Shown here: positions 50,571-63,164 of the stretch, piece by piece
How the letters are laid out: every line of letters starts with the position of its first letter
Numbering within the stretch: the first letter of the stretch is position 1
DNA from: Marsupella aquatica
Taxonomy: Eukaryota; Plantae; Marchantiophyta
DNA: 64,000 bases
Direction of reading: 5' to 3'
Assembly (NCBI GenBank): GCA_973895155.1
Contig: OZ316894.1
Coordinates: forward strand, 14,523,680 to 14,587,679
The notes under the pieces: model-generated
Database searches by the model: none
Told to the model about the DNA's origin: nothing
What the model saw: the letters and a program-made list of their open reading frames with translations, nothing else
Position numbers and translations under genes: made by a program

Positions 50571-53500
50571 GCCTACGCATGAGACAGATAGTACAATTTA
50601 GCAGAGTGCACGGACAATACAATTTAGTGCAGTGTACAAAAAGTACAGTGTAGCATATAGACTAGAGTGGCAATTGCTACTGCAATGAAATGTTCACACA
50701 CATGTGCAGAGTAGACATACTTTTTGGTTTGTTGAGCCCACACTAAAAACTGATCCCCTCGTACAATAGCTCCACCTACACCTCAATTTTGTGGCTATGA
50801 TTCACCAAAGGAGATCTGCAACAAGATTTAATGCATTTGAATCACATATAACAGTCGTGACATGTAAAACAGGCATTTTTTGAACAGGATTGGTATCAAG
50901 CACTGTGATCAGGGTTGTAATTTATACATCCTAAATAGGCTATGATAGTGAATGAGACAAATAAGTTAGGCAGAAATCACTTTTTCCAGGTTATCACATG
51001 GCCCATTAATTCCAGTCTTTGAAAGGAGACTTTTAAGTGAGCTTGCTAGCCTCTTAAATTAGGATATTGTACTTAGTGTAGCCATAATAGGATAAGTTAT
51101 GTACTGTTGACCCTAAACCCTGGACCCAAAATTGGTCATAATTCAAAATCTTAAGTAAATATCCTCTATGTTCAAGTCAAAGTGTTAAGTTATAGGTCAA
51201 TGGTCTCTGGGTTGTGCATGCGGTGTGACAAGTGGTCCTCTAGAGCGTGTGATCCAAACATGTGTAGACACCAAAGTGACCGGTGGTGGGGTCTGGGAGG
51301 GCAGGACAAGTGACATCGCCAGGCACACTGCAGGATGGCGAGTGGTTCCAGATGATACATTGTGCTCTATGAAAAAACCGACATCCAAGAGAACGGTCAT
51401 CCAACTCTAGGCCAGAAGCCCTACAGGCAGGACAGTCATATTGGCAACTGTGCACACACCCTTGGGCCCTAATTTGTGGCGGGTCATGTATGAGAGACAG
51501 AAATACCAAGGATGTTGGGAAGGGTGGAGAAGCAGGTACAGGCCGGCTGTAGTTGTTCCTGGCAACAACTGGGTACTCAAAGTACCATGCAGACTGGGCT
51601 GGAAGGATCCCAAGTCTGACATACTCAAGGCGCAACATCTCTGCCTTGCGTGCAAGCCGCACATGTTCAGCGTTGCAGGTCCTCACCATAAGTGTTGCTT
51701 TTGTGGAGATGTCGTGTGTTCACGTCCTCTGATAAGCACCTTCGATCAGCAAGGTGAGCAGGAGCTGTACTTGCCTCACCAACAGCAACCAACCTTAAAT
51801 TATCAGTTCCCACTCACTGTGTCATTCCATTGGTTCCAGCTAGGGGTCACAGTGTAAACATAGCATGAAACACTCCTAATCAACTTGCTTACAAACTACA
51901 ATATCCAGAAAGAGTGAAAGTCTCACCCTCCAGTGAGCAGCAGAGAGGTAGTTCACTAGATGTGTTGATGTGCAGTTAAACCTCCACTATTGCTTACTTC
52001 TGGTGTATGCTGCTCAGAAGAAGACATATTAGTAGCAGCAAATTGCAAATAATGGCCATAAGCAAACCGTGAGAGTTTGCAGAATGCTACGACAAATCCA
52101 TCACAGCAGTGCTCCACAGGAATGAAACCAAGCAAAATTTGGTGACCTCGGCCAATGACAAGGCCAATGTAGTGAACAATCCTTGACCGATCAGGATATG
52201 GATTGGAATTACAATTAGTCAGCTCTTCTTCTTTGTTTTCTAACTCTGGGGGAAATGAGCATGACCAGGGAATTCTTTGAGAAATAGAAGTGCACAGGGA
52301 AAATGAAATTGGCTCATTCAGCTGCGCAAGACCGGCCATTGCAGCAAACTTGGACAGTTGTTCCGCAATACATAAAATACCCTGACTTACATGCAATCGA
52401 TACAATCTGCTTCTGTTGGCTGTCCTATAGCTCACGGTAGTGCCGTTGGGATAGGGTAAGTGAATATTGCCATAGCTGAAGCACATTGAGCTTGCAGCAA
52501 GAAGTGAAGGAGCATGGCCAAAAGCAGAAAAGACAGACAGGTTTTACAAGAAGAAACTAACAACCGCCAATCTGCTCAAATCCGCTGCATAGATCAAACC
52601 CTCCAAACTACACAGCCCTCCTTTGAAAACAATCCAATGTGCTTTGGCTGGTGGATGACAAGGACTGGGAGAAGAGGAAACGTCTACACAATCAATCCCA
52701 ATGACGGGACACAGAGACCAGGCACAGAGAGGATTTGTGCTTAGACAAAAACCACAAATTGTAGCATGGGCGCCATAGCATTGGGCGGCAATGGGAAGAA
52801 TTACATCAAATGAGTGGACAGAGAATGAACAGTCCGGTTATAGGCAAACAGCGACTGATGCCCTGATGCAATGAAACACGCATTGACATAGCGGAGGGAC
52901 ATAAAAACTACATAAGCCAACTTACTGACCTTTTAAGGCCCACAATTTCAAGGGGAGGGACAAAGACAGCAATAACAGACGCAGAGACAAAGCTGTACTC
53001 TGTCAATTGAGTAGGCAAGTGGGTGGGTGAAGATCAACAACCAATGTAGCAGCGCAACCAGAGTAGCAACAAAGAAGCAGGTTGCCCTCAGTCTCCTATT
53101 TTTCAAGCAGCTCGTGCTCGCGGTCAATCTCCTATTCTGCAAGCAGCTCACGCTCGTCCCTCTTGTTCTGCAAGCAGGTCATTCTTGTCGGCGATGGTGC
53201 AAGCTGTCCTCCTAAACTCTGACACTCAAAATGAAAAGACCAAGCACCTCCAATCTGTTTGATCCCTTCCGCAAGCAGCCGAGCGGCAGACGATAATGTA
53301 GGGATCAAGAACCAAGTGCCAGGCGGACATTGCACAAAATGAGGACCGGGGGCAGAGACAAAATCTACCGAAATCTACCGAAATCTACTTCTTGGGGTCC
53401 AGCCCACGGATGGACATCATGCAAGGTGGTCAAAAATGGTAAGTGCAATTGTTGGAGAGCTGTACTCGCGATTACTAACGGTGCATCCACAAAACGCGTC

Positions 53501-55225
53501 ATCAAGTTGTCAGTGCGGCCACAACAATTTTGACAGTCTCAGGATCACAGGTCCACAAACAAGTTGCAAATGAAGACACACAACGTCCAAGAGGGAAAGT
53601 CCGCAACACTAACCCTTTGTAAAGCCCCCGAGCTTACCTTCTAGCTGCCGACGCAAAGAGAAAACCTACTCGGACACTGAAGCAACCCTAAACTCAAAGT
53701 CTCACCTTAGCGCAACAACTCCTGGATTGGATTCAGCTAGCTCAGGCTCAATGAAGCATGTCGCCTCGGGCTCTCCGGATCCTCCCAAGGCAGCAAACAA
53801 GTTAGGGTCCACGGTCCTTGTACCTTCACCGCACCGTTGTGTCCTTCCCAATGCCTCCTCTGTAGTTGCGTCTTGTCTGCAACTCTACAGCTCCCCGTGT
53901 TGCTCTGCCGCACTTAGTTATATTCCAACGCCCGATCGTGACCAAAAAGAGTTTTCTCCTGCTGGACAGCACTAGGCATTTGTTCAATCTCTTGATCACG
54001 CGTAAGCAGCTACAGGTATGAATCACTCAGTTGGCAGCTCAATACGCTTACAGCAAGAGGGCGCAATAGGTAGAAGCTCGCGCTACCTAGACCAGCACAA
54101 GGACAAAGCATTAACATTGAAACTGTACCATGGAGCTGGAGAAAACCACAGAGTAATTGAAGCCTAACAATACCCTTCTTAGCTCCCGACTCCAAACTCT
54201 CGGCTCCCAGTTTGCAAGAACAAGCACTATGAAAATATGGATTCCCACATTGACTGTGTCCGCAGAACAGATGCAACCCGCATGCAACTTCACCAGCTCA
54301 ACGACAGCTTGACAACTGAAGGACCTCCCAATGAGCCTCACGGCCTCCCGATGCTCGTTATGGGTGCAGCAAAAGGGTCTATACCACAACTGTGACCGAG
54401 ATTGTCACCCAAAACCTTGAAGAAACCCCAACCTCCGACTCCTCAAACTCCGACAAGCTCCTCACGAACGTTGCAGCAGCCACAACCTTCTTCGCCCTAC
54501 CAGCCAAAAACTAAATGTCCCTAAAGGAGATCGAGCAGGAATGCAGGTCTATGAGTAGACTGCAAGCGCAAGGTTAGATCACTGCAACTGCCTGAACACT
54601 GCTCCTCGAGAGCATAAACAAGCACATAACGTGCGGGAAGTTCACTCCGCAATGGTCGCAAAAAGTGGGCAACACTGAAAGGAAAACCCTACGTAAAACC
54701 CCGAACACTCCACCCCTCACGTTCTAAGTTCAATGACAATGGCGAAAACTCCAAAGAGACTCCCAAAGTGAAGTTTAGTGCCTGAAACCGAATTAGGGGA
54801 AGCCACTCAGCCTTACCGTTTGAGTGAGCCGTTGAGTGTCACCCAAAGTGGGACAAAGCTACAAAGTGTTACTGCATGGCCAACTTAGGCAATGAATGGT
54901 CATATTTGCACATACATGGTCGGTAGTGACATTTTATTGCACGCCGTAATCAGGATTAAGGTTGCCCAACATTATATCCGGTCCTAAAATGCAATATTCC
55001 CGGTGCAAGAATGTGACCTAGCTCTAATGTATGAAAAAGGACCGGTACAAATCTACCTTTGTGCATCTTGACCTTTTATAGATGGATTTAGTAATGGCCA
55101 AGAATCTTGACCATCCCTCCATGGTCCAACCTCCATGAACCCCACTTCATTAAACCCAAAACCTTTTTGGTCACAAATAAGGACATTTAATGAGTTATGC
55201 CCCTTGCTATCACCCTCTTTATAGA

Positions 55226-55830
55226 TTTATTTTTTTGTTTGAAATTTTACATTTATTCCGCGTGAACCCCACGGATGGGGGAACCAGTAGGCCAAATGGC
55301 ATCATAAAACCTCAACACCCAAAGGAGGCAATAACAAAGAGTTACTCAACCAGGGTCATCAGATCAGGCAAAGATTGCGAAGCCGTTCTTCTAGTGGTCC
55401 ATGCAACAAGTAACAACTAGGGAATAAGCACTAGAAGGCGCAGTAGGGGTCAGCATAGTGTAAGTGTAAAGTGTCAAAGCATTGTCTAGTACTAAATTAA
55501 TCCACCTGATTAGTAAGAAGGGGGTGTATACTGTAATGGGAAAAAGAAAAAAAAACCAAGGCATGAGCAAGGGCCACCAAGAGTGGTGCAGCTATAAGCT
55601 ATAGGGATTGAACACAATGCGGGGGGGCAGTGGCACTATGTATGAGGAAATCACGGGAGTATCGGTGTCAAATGAGTCGACAAAACTCCCAGATAGCCAC
55701 ACAGTATAAATCAATCTCACAGAAGGCTGCCATCAATGGAGGAAACAATTTGACACGACCCACATCTGAGAGTGTGAATTCGCTCGATCTCCAGCAGTTC
55801 TTTGGCACTCGATAGACGTCGGTGCTTTCG
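55226..55830 (-). mobile_element. 5'-truncated L1-like LINE inside CACTA-3
   Basis: T-rich tail, then 22 bp identical to the 3' end of the LINE at 58409 (CATTTATTCCGCGTGAACCCCA). Minus-strand LSSAKELLEIER resembles that LINE's ORF2 end LVSAVSLLEGER. 5' boundary approximate. Confidence 0.65.
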
Positions 55831-56087
55831 GCTCAAAGATGAAGGAGAATTACCCCTCCTCAACATAGAGTGAACATTACCCATGATGTGCTAGACTATT
55901 CACCCTTCACAAAGTAGCAAGGTTACTTCTCATAGTCTTTTAGTGAACCATAAAACTCTCATAGTCTTTTCTAGTCTTCAACAAAACCGGTGCAATGGGT
56001 GCGAGTCGTTTTAAGTATGGAAAAAGGACTTAGTGGGCATAGTCCTATAAGGTATGGTCTAAATTGCCCCGGTTTCTACTAGTGATT

Positions 56088-57666
56088 GTAAGTTTGCCTT
56101 GTGAGCAAGCTAAATAGGGGGATTTCGTTGAAGTTGGGTGCACAGTATTTGGGATGCCCTGTGTATCTTTAATAATTTTGTGGAAAGTATGTGTGCCAGG
56201 GTGACCCAATTGACGGTGCCAGATCTTGGTGAGGGTCTGTCAGGAGCTGTTTGTGTAAAAGGTATGTATTTTGACAACATAAAATCCCAGTGGGAAAGCT
56301 ATGAGGGTTTCTTTGATCTCCATGCTTGTCTGGGTTTGGGCTAGGATGTGTAGCACCTCTTGAGTTTCATGTATACTTGTGTGAATGTGCAGGCCATTCT
56401 CGCGAATGTCCTTGAAACTCAAGAGATTTTGTGTGGCCCTCGGAGCATAAATGGTGGACTGAATGTGGATAATTGTGCCTTTGGGCAGCATTAGTTTTGC
56501 TGGCCGGGCCGTTCCCTTCTTCCAACTGGTGGTGTCCCATAATTGTTGTCACTCTTCTTTGGGATGGGATTATGTATTTAAAGTAAGCTTTGATCCTTAA
56601 TATTGAATGAGAAGTTCCGCTATCTAGTATGCAGCAGTTTGGGTCATCCAAAGCTTTAGACATCTCTGATTGAAAAGCAAGGTGCAATTCAGGTAATATT
56701 TCTGGGGTTTCTAAAAATGCTCCATGTGTTTCATATTCTAAGTTGTTTGGATTTTTCTGGTATAATGCAACAAGATGTGTTGGGGCTCAGCATGCTTTCT
56801 TAATATGTCCTTTAGTCCCACACCTGTGACAAATTGGCGGTTTCTCGGACTTATCTGGATTATTGTTGTTTCTGGTCCAGTTATTCTGGAACCTGCCTGG
56901 TTGTGATCTCCCTCGGCCTCTTCCTCCCCGGTATGAGCTTCTTCCTCCATGTTGGAAGGAGTTTCCACGTCCATGATAGATTTGTTGTCCTCTATTGTTC
57001 CCTCTCCCTCTGAATGAGTTGTTAAATCCTCGTCTTGATGTGTTGAAATGGGTTTCAGGATTTTCTTGTGGAGGTAGAGTGCCAGGTGGTCGTTGTTTCG
57101 TATTTTGCAGCAGCTATATTTGGTATTTTTCTGCTAACAACATATGTGCGATTAACTCTGAATATGTTGTGAATCTCATATTTTGGTATTGGGTGGAGAT
57201 TACCAGGTTCGTTGAGTGAAAGGTCGAGAGGGTCTTCTCAATTTGTTCTTCTTCATTAACCGGGTGGCCGCATATTGCTAATTGCAAAACAATGCAAAAC
57301 AGTTCACTATTATATTCTGCAATCGTCTTGTAATCCTGTACACGGAGGTTAATCCAATCGTGTCGCGCTGCAGGGAGGAAAATGGTGCGGGTATGGTCAA
57401 ATCTAGCGTGGAGCTCGTCCCAAAGTACTCTAGGATTATATGCATTCATATACTGGCGTTTCAAAGAATCGGCGAGGTGGTGGTGGATCAGGATTAGAGC
57501 CTTAGCCTTAGTTTTCCTGTAGCGTGGGGCCATTGCCTGTCAAAATTGTGTCCTCGAGGTTCTTAGATGCGAGGTGGGCCTCGACATCTAGTGTCCAAGA
57601 CAAGAAATTAGAGCCGTCAATGCATAGTGCTTGGAAATAGAGCTTCTCAATAGTGTTAGTGGTCAT
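56088..57666 (-). pseudogene. Copia-2 (Bianca-like) gag, protease and GAG-pre-integrase
   Basis: FQALCIDGSNFLSWTLDVEAHL, KALILIHHHL..LWDELHARFDH..WINLRVQDYK, CILDSGTSHSIL, NLLSFKDIRENG, WHRQLGHPG. Confidence 0.9.
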
Positions 57667-58702
57667 TGTGCCCAAGTGGAGTTTGCGTTGGGAAGTTGTA
57701 ATTTGAAGCGGGCCTACATTGCTCAGTTATGTCTAGTGATGTTTAACTATTGGCAGTGTTTTCTGTCTGGAATCAATGTAGGAAATTTATCCTTAAAGGT
57801 TTTGAAACTGCTATATGGTGAATCCACCTTTCAGATTTTGTCTTATTCAGATTTTTCATGTCATATATTTTTATTTCAATGTGCCTTATCAAGGGGCGCC
57901 TGTGTATCATATACATTTTTAATTAATTTATGAACCCCTCTAATTTTTAGTATCTAAAGTATTTTGAACTTATTTTGGCAGCCCCCTTATAAATTTTAAT
58001 GTTTGTGATTTATTAGAGATGAAATGAACGGCTCCCACCACTTGAACATTCTCATGAATGAGAGACATGATTCTGACTGTGTCTTAAGTTCCCCTCATGT
58101 CTTTCTTTCCTAAGTTTATGGTTTTTATTGAAATGTGTGTCATTCATGAGGACATTGAATTTAAGTGCACGCATCCTTGATTGTACTTTTCATTGGTCAT
58201 TGTGCACCAATCCTTCTAGTTATGTTTTCATATTTTATTTACTTCCAAATCACTACAAGACAAAAACTCCAAGCATGTTCCAGGATGAGCATGCTATATA
58301 GGAAATTTATCCTTACAGGTTTTGAAGGATCAATGTAAGAATCACAGCAATGGAATGATGCAAGAATTGATGAGGATTGATTATTTTTAAATTATTATTT
58401 TTAATGTTCATTTATTCCGCGTGAACCCCATGGATGGGGGGACCAAGCAGGCCAAAGAGGCAACAACACCTCAAAGAGGGCAAAAAGGACATACAAGAAA
58501 CCAGTTCCTTGAGTTGTAAGTGAGGTCGAAAGACCAAACAAGGTAGGCAACTCAATCCATAACTGTCAAACACATCAACATGCTACTATTGAACTATTCT
58601 CTGCCCTGTCAATCACATTTAGGCAGGGTCAACACAAAGAGGTGGTAGAGTTATGAACAGACCAGGATCTAACAGAGTTTTGCTACAATGAATGTTCATT
58701 GG

Positions 58703-61700
58703 TCATCCAGATTCTACCTGTCTAACACCAGTCCTAAAAATTCTATCTCTTTCACCCTCCAAGAGTGAAACCGCACTAACCAGTCGGGTATGCTTCCGGC
58801 TAGAGCTTGCTGTAGCAGCAACGACAGACAAATGATCTAGAGTCTCACAGATAGCTGAAATCGGGTTGAAAATATGCTTCTGGGATAGATCAAAGGTTTG
58901 TCCATTCCGTGCTAGCCATATGCTACGAAGAATCTCATAGATCAGATAAACACGTAGCGTGCACAGAGGTGATCTCCGTCTACAGGACAAGAGGAGGCCA
59001 ATAATAGTCACAAGTCGGTCAGTAAGCTCACCATTGAGCCATCCGCTAACCTCATTCCAATAGTTAAGTGCATGCCGATAGTGAAAGAAAATGTGTGGAA
59101 TATTCTTCACCACTCCACATCTGAGCGCACAGAGTCCAACAGACTTAGCAATTTGCAATGCTCTAGATCCTGGAAAGAGGCCTTGGGCGATAATCCTCCA
59201 TAGAAAGGTTTTAGCCTTGGAGGAGAGGTCAAAGATCCAGAGTATCTGCCAGGCATCACTCCATTCAGAAATAGATAATGAAACTTCCCAGATCCTGTTG
59301 AGTCTGAGGTAGTCTGATCCCTTAGTGCGCAGTAATTTGTAGATTCTATGGTTCGGTAAGGCAAAAGATTTAATTTGAGAATCCACATCATTCCAGCGCC
59401 ACTTCCTAGCAGATGAATCCAAATTGTTCCCATGAAATACAGTTCTCTGAATTGCAGCAAAAAAGGCCAGGCAACAGGTCCTATTAACCTCGGTTAATCC
59501 ACGTAGCCTTTGCATCCTGTCAGTGAGGCACTTCCAATCGTTATGGGGTGCAAACCAGAAATCTTGGACCGTCCTCATCCCTAACCTGCCATAGACCATA
59601 ACAACATCTGCCCTTGTCCTTTCAGAAAGATCATAGAATCCATGTAGACACCGGAGTAAGTCTTCAACTCCCCAGTGCCTCGGGATAGCACTGGTATTTG
59701 GATAGAAAACCAAATGTCACCGCACCTGCTCCCAGGCACTCCAGATCTGTCCAGTATAGGTAAGCTTACCAAAAGAGCGTGGAGTGCTCAAAAGTAGTTT
59801 ATCCTACAATGAGTAGCAATTCGTGCGCACTGTCTTGAAGTTATGCCATTTTGTCAGTAGTAAGTTCGCTGCATACATCTGCGACCACTCAGCCTCCGGA
59901 CGATCCAAGGCCCCATTGAACCACTTGCTCAATAAGGCATCGGAATGACTGCAAAATTCCTTAAGTCTGAGGCCCCCATCTACCTTGGGTCGGCAGAGCT
60001 TGTGCCATGCAACCAGTGGTATCCGCTTCCCGCCCTGCTTGTTAATCCCCCACAGGAAGACCCGACTCAAAGCAATCAGTTTCTTGGCTAAGGCAGTAGG
60101 GGATTTAAGAAACATCATATGATAAACAAGGATAGCCTGTAGAACATGTTTAACCAGCAAGACACGGCCCGTGAATGAAAGGAGTCGGGTTGTCCAGGAT
60201 GAGAGTCTAGCACTGATGCAATCCAGACAAAAGTAGTGCAGCTGTGCTTCTGAAAGACCAAATCCAAAAGGTGCCCCAAGATATTTTTTTATCTCCCCTT
60301 CATTGCTAATCACACAACCAGTGCTCTGCAGCCACACAGGAATCTCCTCCAGAGCTAGAGGCACAACCACCAACTTTCTCAGATTGAGCTTAGCACATGT
60401 TGCACATCGTAACAGTGGATAGCACATCTTGCCTGTTCAAAGGCCATTGCAGTGGCTAGGATAAAGAGGCCTAAATCATCAGCAAATAGCCTATAGCAAA
60501 TGTTCAGTGTCTGGGAGATTTGTATCCCTTGTAGTCGACTAGCAGTAATCTCAGCCTTAAGGAAGTCCATAAGAGCCTATGTAGAAATAGCAAAGAGCAG
60601 AGGAGAGAGAGGGCAGCCTTGCCGTACCCCTCTGCGCATCTGAATGTCAGCAGTCCATAATCCATTCACCAAGGCCTTAGAGCAAGCATTACTGAGTAGA
60701 GATTTAACAAGGAAGATAAAATGAGGTTCGATCCCTAACAAATACATGGTTTCCCAAATATACGAGTGATCTACCCTATCAAAAGCCTTTTCAAAATCCA
60801 ATTTGAGAGAAACCAAAGGAGTTCGAGTACAGTTGATCCAGTCGTGGGTGAGCCATGTGAGGGAGATGTTTTCCAGAATGTGTCTACCAGGTATGAACCC
60901 AGTTTGTTGAGGGCTAATCAGCTTGGGCAGGAGTAATCTCAGACGTAGGGCCACCAATTTGGCAAGGATCTTGTAGGTGGTGGTCAACATTGTTAGTGCT
61001 CTCCAATCGCCCAGGCGGCGTTTGTCAGTTTTCTTCGGTATAAATCGAATTACCTCTTCCTTGATGCAAAAGGCCAGATTCCCAGTTCACCAGAAATCAC
61101 AGATCATAGCATGAAAGTCTTATTGTAGAAAATGCCAACAAGCTCTGAATACCTCTGCCATCATCCCATCTATGCCAGGAGCCTTGTCATTAGGGAGTAG
61201 CATAAGAGTCTCCTATAATTTGCGTGCAGAAGGAAGTTCCTCTAGCATTTTGATCTCTGCAACCGATGGGGCAAAGTGAGTTGCTCGGGTCAGCACTCTC
61301 CGTGCAGAGTGCATCTTCCTAAGGGTCTCAGTATCCCGGTCTGGGGGTGAATACAGGTCTTTGCAGAAAGTTTGTACCTCTCGTACAATAAGATTCTCAT
61401 CACGAATTTCTCTCCCTCCTTCAGCTAATAGGTATTCCATTTTTTCTCTCTTTCTTTTGGCTTTCACCGTTGAGAAATAAAATTTAGAAGGTCCGTCTCC
61501 TTGCCCCAGCCATTTGATTCTGGAAAGTCTACGGTAGTGATGGGCTTCCTCCAGCTCGAAGGCCCTAACACTATCCTCTATGCAAGTAAAATCCTTGATA
61601 TTGTCAGGCGAATAATCATCCATGATGGTGATCTTAAAAAATCGGAGCCTGTCGCGCAGTATTCGCAGCTCCTCTTCACGGGGAAGGGGGGAAGCTTGCA

Positions 61701-62927
61701 GTGTCATGTAGCATTGTCGGAACCTCTATGAAGCTTGAGTAAGGTGCAAATGGGGTCAGCAAGGGGAGGTTCAGTTCCCGACCAAGCAGCAGCCAACAAT
61801 TCAAGATTCTCATTCTTCCGAAGCACCGCAGGGTTGGCCTTAAAGTACGTAACTCTACGTTGGTTCGACTCAATCAGAAGAATAGGTGTTAGACAAAAAG
61901 AGATAAGTATTGGATCATGATCAGAAAGTGCTGAAGATCCATCATGTGTGAGTTCAACCAGCTCTTCAGTCCATCTTCCTTTCTCTGAGAAGTAAAAGTG
62001 GTCCAGGCGAGATTGGACCAGTACACCATTCCGTACCCTTCGCCAAGTAAATCGTGAGCCAGTCACCTGGCCAAGAACAGAATAAGCATCTTGCAGATCC
62101 AAACGGAGCTTTAGGAAGCGCCAGAACTCAAGCTCCCGTCCATGAATCAGTGGGGAGGGGCCACTGGAGTCCGCCCGTAGCTCAGTCATATTGAAATCTC
62201 CACATAGTACCCATCTATCTTGCGGAAGTTCACTTCTCAGGTCATTCCACAGCAAAGCTCTCTCACCATTGGAATTAGGCGCATACACGATGATCAGCCC
62301 AAAATTCCCTTCTGGATGCTCCAGTTGGACCCAAACAGCACGACCACGGTCTAATTTACCAGATGCCAAAACTTTATAAGAAGGGTTGAGGAGAATGGTT
62401 GTACCCCCTCTGCCTTCCTCAGGGGCAGAGTAGAAATGTTGATATTGAGGTAAAATAGTATGTAGGGCCAGATCTAAACAAAAACTGTCAGCCTTGACTT
62501 CTTGCGGGGTATTTACAAACGACAGGAAACAGCAAACAGTAACAGAAAACAGAAACTGGTAACAGGAAAATGAGTGGTAATTTTTTTTGGGGAAAAAAAA
62601 TTTCAAAATTTAATTTTTTTTGCTGGCGCCCAAAGCTAGCCAAAAAATGTTGTAACTTAGATTTTTTTGGAAAATGAAACTTTTTAGAAAATATTTTGAT
62701 ATGGTTATTTTTCCTGGTAACAGTAACTTTTTGCTGGTAACAGGAAAAATTTTCCTGGTACTAGTAAACTTGTTTCCTATTTACTGTCACGCGTGCCATA
62801 CCCCTTCTTGCAAGGCAAGGGCGTCCAGTGGCGGTCTCAAGGAAGAGGTCCATTTCATGACAACATTTTTCCGGTCTGGGTCACATAAACCACAGACATT
62901 CCAAGAAGCAAAATTAAAAAGTGCCAT
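58703..62927 (-). pseudogene. LINE ORF2 (APE endonuclease, RT, zf-RVT), disrupted
   Basis: ASWNVCGL, LQE, VYAPN, GDFNM, SRLDHF, LSDHDP; KLDFEKAFDRV, GVRQGCPLSPLLF, LFADD, YLGAP; KTFLWR..C..C..HIFF. Confidence 0.92.
62506..62803. mobile_element. About 300-bp MITE related to the Mutator-like family, inserted in the LINE endonuclease
   Basis: Ends GGGGTATTTAC... / ...GCGTGCCATACCC, flanked by duplicated CTTCTTGC (62498-62505, 62804-62811). Removal restores LALQE|VKAD. Internal CTGGTAACAG repeats. Confidence 0.85.
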
Positions 62928-63164
62928 TTCACCTGGCTCCCACTCATCAATGAATGTACCGCTGCTGATGCAGCCCGCCTTCGCAAGCTCAGCATACAAT
63001 CTAAATGAAGGTGGTAGAACTTGCATTCACCACCGGCAAGTCACCAGGGGAATCAGGTACCATGTCGAGGGGAGCTTCACGGGCGATAGTCCCAGCATCA
63101 ATCTCCTTCAGAGGGGAGCTCCCAGATTTCTTCTTGTGTTCACGACTCTGCTTCCGTCCAGGTC

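Larger units (their letters stand above)
39514..56084. mobile_element. Complete CACTA element 3 (16,571 bp)
   Basis: 18-bp TIR CACTAGTAGAAACCGGGG / CCCCGGTTTCTACTAGTG; 3-bp TSD ATT (39511-13, 56085-87); removing it rejoins the Copia-2 frame (CSQGKLT|IRPSPS). Confidence 0.96.

Noticed and set aside
57777-58328. About 30-bp direct repeat TAGGAAATTTATCCTTA(A/C)AGGTTTTGAA flanking an AT-rich stretch
   Set aside because: Could not define TIRs, a TSD or an LTR boundary; probably Copia 5' UTR repeats, too weak to call.
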